From positions 20,512 to 84,511 of IMG/VR virus record IMGVR_UViG_3300010151_000009: a DNA stretch of 64,000 nucleotides; one strand, given 5' to 3'. The notes beneath the pieces are model-generated. The model saw only the letters and a program-made list of their open reading frames with translations, was not told the DNA's origin and did no database searches. Shown piece after piece: positions 59,026 through 64,000 of this stretch. A program made the position numbers and the translations under genes. Origin of the DNA: a virus. Positions within the stretch are counted from its first letter, which is position 1. Every line of letters begins with the position of its first letter.

Positions 59026-60157
59026 AATTATTGAAAAACTAAGAACACGTAAAGGATTTTTAAAAAAGGGAGCACAATGGTTAGCTGATAAATGGGAAGT
59101 AGATATAGCTGTTATCAAAGAATGTAAAAGAATGGTAACATCAGAAGAATGGGTACAAGAGAGAATGAATAATGACAATGGTCACGAGTTGAGCGAAAGT
59201 CAAGCATTTACTAAACATTTATTAGATAATGGTTTAACTATGGCAGATGTAAAGTCTGTTAAGTTCTGGCAAAATTTTAACGGAGAGCAACGATATAGTA
59301 TAGTAACTCATAATCAATGGCATGAACAGCCGCAGGTTAAAGAAGAGTTACTAAACTATATTAAAACTAACTCTCACAAAGTAAATAAAATTGCTTATAA
59401 AAAATCTAAAGATCCTATTTGTTATGAGATTTCTTTACCAGATATTCATTATGGAAAGATTACTGATGATTCTACAAACGCTGTAGAAGAACATTATATG
59501 AGAGCTATTATGGATTTACATAGAAAAGCAGATGGAGTAAATATAGATAGATTTTTATTACCTGTTGGTAATGATGGTCTTAATTCAGAAGGATATTCAA
59601 GAGCTACAACTAAAGGCACACCTCAACAAGATCATCTTTTATGGAGACAATCTTTTAGAGGATATTGGAATTTAGTTATGAAAGCAATTGATTATTTAGC
59701 ACAATTCGCACCAGTAGATGTTGTAGTAGTACAAGGTAATCATGATTTTGAACGCATGTTTTATGTGGGAGAAGTTTTAGATGCTATGTATTATAAAAAT
59801 AAGAATGTACATATAGATAATAGTTTAGACACACGTAAATATTATGAATATGGAGTTAATATGATTATGTTTACTCACGGCGATAAAGAAAAACCTCAAG
59901 AACTACCTTTATTAATTGCTACAGAACAACCAGAAATGTGGAGTAGATCTAAAGTTAGAGAAGTACATTGTGGACATAAGCATAAAGAACAGCTTAATGA
60001 ATACATGGGAACTAAAGTTAGATTTATACCATCAATATGTGGTAATGATGCTTGGCATAAAACCCAAGGCTATATAGGTACCTTAAGATGTGGACAAGCT
60101 TTTATTTGGAATAAGAGCAGAGGACTAGAAGGTTATTTACAAACTAATATGTTATGA
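59012..60157 (+). CDS. Calcineurin-like metallophosphoesterase
   Basis: DIHYG, GNDG, GNHD, THGD, GHKH motifs. Confidence 0.85.
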   Translation: MTRDEIIEKLRTRKGFLKKGAQWLADKWEVDIAVIKECKRMVTSEEWVQERMNNDNGHELSESQAFTKHLLDNGLTMADVKSVKFWQNFNGEQRYSIVTHNQWHEQPQVKEELLNYIKTNSHKVNKIAYKKSKDPICYEISLPDIHYGKITDDSTNAVEEHYMRAIMDLHRKADGVNIDRFLLPVGNDGLNSEGYSRATTKGTPQQDHLLWRQSFRGYWNLVMKAIDYLAQFAPVDVVVVQGNHDFERMFYVGEVLDAMYYKNKNVHIDNSLDTRKYYEYGVNMIMFTHGDKEKPQELPLLIATEQPEMWSRSKVREVHCGHKHKEQLNEYMGTKVRFIPSICGNDAWHKTQGYIGTLRCGQAFIWNKSRGLEGYLQTNML

Positions 60158-60585
60158 GAAGAAAGTATTCACGCTCAAAAGTAAAGAATGCTAAAAAATC
60201 TACATATAAAGGACATGAGTTTAAATCTAATTTAGAATTACATTGTTATAAAAAATTAGAAGAGGCTAAAGTATCTGTTGAATATGAAAAGACTACTTTT
60301 ACAATATTTGATGGTTTAGTTTATCCGCAAGCATGTTATGAAGGCACAACTAAGAAACTTTACAATAAAGGGTCTAAAATTAGACCTATAACATACACAC
60401 CAGATTTTGTAGATCCTAAAGGTAAATTTATTATCGAAACAAAAGGATATGCAAATGAATCTTTTCCTTTAAGGTGGAAGTTATTTAAAAAACATCTTAA
60501 AGAAAACAATCATCACTATGTGCTATTTATGCCAAGAAATAAAAAGCAAGTAGATGAGGTTGTAGATCTTATCAAACAATTATAG
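60154..60585 (+). CDS. PD-(D/E)XK endonuclease (T7 endonuclease I/DUF1064-like, possible resolvase)
   Basis: FKSNLE, YTPDF, IIETKG. Confidence 0.8.
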   Translation: MRRKYSRSKVKNAKKSTYKGHEFKSNLELHCYKKLEEAKVSVEYEKTTFTIFDGLVYPQACYEGTTKKLYNKGSKIRPITYTPDFVDPKGKFIIETKGYANESFPLRWKLFKKHLKENNHHYVLFMPRNKKQVDEVVDLIKQL

Positions 60586-60668
60586 GTTGAGGGGGGAACT
60601 TAAAAGGTACCTAGCAGTAAATGCTCTGCACCCCCTTCTTCCTTTTTACCAATTAAATACTTAAACAA

Positions 60669-60932
60669 ATGGCAGAATTAGTTAGCCCTTGCTGTGGGGC
60701 AGAATACAGTGATGATCATATACCAGTAAGTACTTGTTGTACAGCAGTGCCTGCAGTATCAGAAACCGATTTATGTTCAAATTGCTTAGAACATACAGAT
60801 TTTTATGAATATGCATGTAATAACTGTGATGAATTCTTCGAAGAACCAGAAGAAGACTATGAATATGATGAAAGAATGAAAGAATCTATTGCGGAAGACC
60901 GTATGGATGAAGCCCGAGATATGGGAGAATAA
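60669..60932 (+). CDS. Small Cys-rich Zn-ribbon protein
   Basis: SPCCGA, STCCTA, CSNCLEH, CNNCDE. Confidence 0.65.
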   Translation: MAELVSPCCGAEYSDDHIPVSTCCTAVPAVSETDLCSNCLEHTDFYEYACNNCDEFFEEPEEDYEYDERMKESIAEDRMDEARDMGE

Positions 60933-60951
60933 TAAACCAATTAAACAAATT

Positions 60952-63711
60952 ATGAGTATAAAAACAATTGACAAGCCAATCCAGGGCTCAGCCGGGGTTG
61001 CTAAGCGCATCAATAAAGGCGCAGAGAAGATGGTCTTTGACATTCTTCAGTCCACACAATATTCTATGCCAATTCAATCTACTGTAAGAGAACTTGTAAC
61101 AAATGCATGTGACTCTCAGCGGGAGAAAGAAATAGCAATAGAAATAATGAGTGGTAGAAAGAAAGTTGAAGACTATTATATTGAACGTCACGGCGCTCAG
61201 TATGAAGATAGTAATTTTGATAAAAACTATTATAATATAAAATATTTACAAGCTGCAAAGCATACTATAAAATTAGTATATGAGCAAAATGAAGGTGTAG
61301 GATATTGTGATAAATTTTCAGTTACTGACTATGGTGTAGGCATAGGGGGACGAAGATTAGAAGGTATATTGGAACTAGGATATTCTACGAAAAGAAATAC
61401 TAGTGAAAATTTTGGAGCCTTTGGTCTTGGTGCTAAAGCTGCGCTATCAACAGGAGTAGATTTTTATACAATTGAAACTGTATATAATGGGATGAGATTT
61501 AAATGTAATTGTTATAATTACAAAACTGATTTCATTATACCAGCATTTAATGTACAAACTGGAAAGCAAAATCCATTTATTACATTTAGTGATGGATCTA
61601 AAGTTCATTATGAACAATTAGGCGCTGATACAGAATTAAATCAAACTACTATTTCATTTGGTGTTAAACGTCACAATAGAAATAAGTTTGAAGAAGCTGT
61701 AGAAGAACAATTATTATATTTTGATAATGTAAATTTCATAATTATAGATAATGAAGATGAAGATCATCCGGACAGAGAAGTTAAATTTCAAGCCGAAGTA
61801 TTATATAATTCTAAGAATCTTATAGTTGCAGATAGCTATATATATAATAAACCACATATTGTACTTGTTAAAGATGAAAATGCTGTAACAGGTATTAATT
61901 ATGGTTATATTGATTTCCGTGAGTTAGAAATGGAATCTATGTATGGATCCGTAGCATTCAAATGTCCTGCCCGCCAAGTTATAACTAACGAGGATGGGAC
62001 AGAAACTGTATTACAAGAAGGTGTAGATGTTACTCCATCTCGTGAGAAAGTTATTTGGAATGAGTCTACTAAGAAGTACATTAAGAGTGTTATCATGGCA
62101 GCTGCACAAGAAGCTAGTGATATGGTTCAAGAAGAATTAGAAGAAACTGATTTCTTAAAATGGGTAGATGCTTGTAGATCTGTTATTACAGGAAATAGTA
62201 GTGAAAATAGAGTTCTTAATAAATTATCTCGAATAATTAATAAAGATGATATTAAACCTAAATATGGTCCTGATAAAAGAATCAAATATGGTCCAGCTAA
62301 TAAACTCTTTGATGGTCTTACTATTATGAAACCTTATGAAGATAGATATTCAGACGACAAAATAAAAAGAGAAGCAATTAAAGACTGGCAAGGATTTGAT
62401 GCTAAACATTTTTATAAAAGAGATGAGGCTTTTTCTAGAGTTAAAGATGTATATTTAATGGAAAAAGATCGAGAAAATGATTATCATAAAAACCATGTTA
62501 CTACTTATACTATTCAAGATTTAGACAGTATATTTAATTCTAAAATAGCGGCAGCTGGAGGTGATGCAAAAGTTAAACTTATTCAAAGAAAAGCTAAACT
62601 TAAAGCTAAACGTGATGCTATACTTAAACTTATTGAAGCATCAGAATGGTATAAATCTTATGATGAAGTTGAGATTCCTGACGAATGGTTGAAAAACTAT
62701 AAAGAGGAAGCAGCTATGGCAGAAGAAAAGTCTAAATTTTCTAATTTAACTGCTGCAGAACGCCGTGATATAGAAAAGAGGATGGTAGCGTACACTGTTA
62801 GATTTGACGATAAAAAAGATGATTATTTTACTATGGATAAGATTGAGCCAAAAGCTAAAGATCTTATGAATAGCAAAAATCGTATTTATTATTGTACTAA
62901 AGCAGATGAAGGCAAAATGAAGCAAGCTGCTTTACTCCTTAAGGAAGTAATGCCTAAACATAATGAAGTTTATACTGATTCTAATGTTTATGTTTATGAT
63001 AAAGAGCATAAAGAGCCTGTTTATTGGTATGAACATCCTCCAGTCAGATTTATGAAATGGGGCAACGAAGAGTATGAAGATTGGGCTAAACCTGTTCAAG
63101 GATGGGATACACCTCAGCTTATACGTGTTAGTCAAAATAAGGTTAAGCATATTACACAAAACCCTAATGTCAAACACATCGATGAATTATTTTTACAATT
63201 AACAACTAATAATGAATACACTATGGATAAATCACTAGTAAAATACTATACAGCATATAAATTAAAAAAGATAAATCAATTTAAATTTATGCAAGGATTA
63301 GGATGTATACACGATGAACTACAAAAAGATTATTGTAAGTTACAAGATATGAGGAATGATAATTATTCTGAATTTAATCATAGACGTGTACAAGATGTAG
63401 CACCAGCTATAACTGACCACATGGAGAAATTATATGAATTTCAGAAATTTTGTAATGAATGTGATGATCCAGACTTAATTCAGGATAAATCTAGAGAATT
63501 ATTTGTATTGTCTGATGTAAGTGACGCGCGTGCTGCAGATTTAGATATATTAGCTAAATATGATAATATAGTTGAATTTGCAGAAGAAGTTAAACCACTT
63601 TTAGATGAACTTGAGGTTCTTAATGACAGGGAATGTAGTATGTCCCCTGAACTTGAGAAAGAAGTTAGAGTTTATTTAAGAGCTAAATCCCGTGAGATAT
63701 GGGACAGTTAA
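60952..63711 (+). CDS. rIIA: rIIA-like protein (GHKL/HATPase N-terminal domain)
   Basis: YSMPIQSTVRELVTNACDS, DYGVGIG, YSTKR, GAFGLGAK, DVTPSREKVIW; likely start MSIKTID at 60952. Confidence 0.8.
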   Translation: MSIKTIDKPIQGSAGVAKRINKGAEKMVFDILQSTQYSMPIQSTVRELVTNACDSQREKEIAIEIMSGRKKVEDYYIERHGAQYEDSNFDKNYYNIKYLQAAKHTIKLVYEQNEGVGYCDKFSVTDYGVGIGGRRLEGILELGYSTKRNTSENFGAFGLGAKAALSTGVDFYTIETVYNGMRFKCNCYNYKTDFIIPAFNVQTGKQNPFITFSDGSKVHYEQLGADTELNQTTISFGVKRHNRNKFEEAVEEQLLYFDNVNFIIIDNEDEDHPDREVKFQAEVLYNSKNLIVADSYIYNKPHIVLVKDENAVTGINYGYIDFRELEMESMYGSVAFKCPARQVITNEDGTETVLQEGVDVTPSREKVIWNESTKKYIKSVIMAAAQEASDMVQEELEETDFLKWVDACRSVITGNSSENRVLNKLSRIINKDDIKPKYGPDKRIKYGPANKLFDGLTIMKPYEDRYSDDKIKREAIKDWQGFDAKHFYKRDEAFSRVKDVYLMEKDRENDYHKNHVTTYTIQDLDSIFNSKIAAAGGDAKVKLIQRKAKLKAKRDAILKLIEASEWYKSYDEVEIPDEWLKNYKEEAAMAEEKSKFSNLTAAERRDIEKRMVAYTVRFDDKKDDYFTMDKIEPKAKDLMNSKNRIYYCTKADEGKMKQAALLLKEVMPKHNEVYTDSNVYVYDKEHKEPVYWYEHPPVRFMKWGNEEYEDWAKPVQGWDTPQLIRVSQNKVKHITQNPNVKHIDELFLQLTTNNEYTMDKSLVKYYTAYKLKKINQFKFMQGLGCIHDELQKDYCKLQDMRNDNYSEFNHRRVQDVAPAITDHMEKLYEFQKFCNECDDPDLIQDKSRELFVLSDVSDARAADLDILAKYDNIVEFAEEVKPLLDELEVLNDRECSMSPELEKEVRVYLRAKSREIWDS

Positions 63712-63986
63712 CAACAAAGTCTATAAGCCCACAACAAACGTGGGCTCGTAGACGTAACTGGGAAAAAAGAACCTTAAGAGGTTTAACAGAAGAGTTGGAA
63801 TTTAGATTATATGCTAGATGGAAAGGGTGCTCTGATGAAAAAGGCAATATTCGAACGCAAACGGCTACTGATCTTGAAATACAACAATTAGAGAAAGCTG
63901 TAAAACTACTTAGTTCTATACTAGAACGATGGTCACATAACTACAGACCAATGAAACAAAATATTAACTTTAAAAAATTCAAATAA
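63699..63986 (+). CDS. Hypothetical protein
   Basis: 95-aa ORF overlapping the rIIA end. Confidence 0.5.
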   Translation: MGQLTTKSISPQQTWARRRNWEKRTLRGLTEELEFRLYARWKGCSDEKGNIRTQTATDLEIQQLEKAVKLLSSILERWSHNYRPMKQNINFKKFK

Positions 63987-64000
63987 ATGATTACAATAAA
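63987..64000 (+). CDS. Start of next gene (possibly rIIB), truncated by the window edge
   Basis: ATG (MITI...) directly after the TAA; rIIB is expected only from synteny. Confidence 0.3.

Noticed and set aside
60889-60951. ORF-track start of rIIA at 60889
   Set aside because: Non-ATG start overlapping the upstream gene; the ATG at 60952 has the typical A-rich leader.
48734-63177. Minus-strand ORFs within the replication arm (48734, 49048, 50093, 52966, 54814, 55752, 58257, 58330, 60786, 60988, 61905, 62932)
   Set aside because: Antisense to well-supported plus-strand genes.
1-64000. Stop-codon reassignment (TAG or TGA), known in some crAss-like phages
   Set aside because: Long genes are intact in code 11 with dense packing; TAG ends genes at 9581, 16261, 41223, 43319 and 60585, and TGA ends the portal.
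1-64000. tRNA genes, CRISPR array, integrase, reverse transcriptase/DGR
   Set aside because: I saw no cloverleaf with T-loop consensus, no repeat-spacer periodicity and no such protein motifs; this was by eye only.

Overview
This window is a 64-kb, AT-rich segment of a crAss-like (Crassvirales-type) podophage genome read in standard code 11. The host is probably Bacteroidota, because TAnnTTTG -7 promoter boxes precede several units. Two arms diverge from about 45.6-45.8 kb. The minus-strand arm (45.6 kb to the left edge) carries an accessory cluster (GroES, sulfotransferase, two ParB/Srx-like paralogs, HU/IHF). It then runs through terminase, a SET-domain gene, portal, a 1407-aa multi-enzyme cargo protein, scaffold, major capsid, ring, auxiliary-capsid and hub genes. 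After these come a 2838-aa Cys-rich repeat protein, a LamG protein, a lysis cassette, the muzzle and cargo/ejection proteins. The plus-strand arm carries early genes with many intergenic hairpins, a MoxR-like AAA/vWA pair, PolA, SF2 helicase, DnaB, a Sak4-like ATPase, SSB, primase, a metallophosphoesterase, a PD-(D/E)XK nuclease and rIIA. The most notable observations are: (1) a ~255-nt ORF-free, highly nested structured RNA candidate with its own promoter (45070-45326, minus strand); (2) a recurring (K/R)YQxGG-type motif that delimits enzyme and toxin-like modules across several virion cargo proteins; (3) a SET lysine methyltransferase between terminase and portal, in a genome that also encodes a Lys/Arg-rich protamine-like protein; (4) an unusually cysteine-rich virion gene set. 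All calls come from reading motifs and synteny by eye; no database searches were run.
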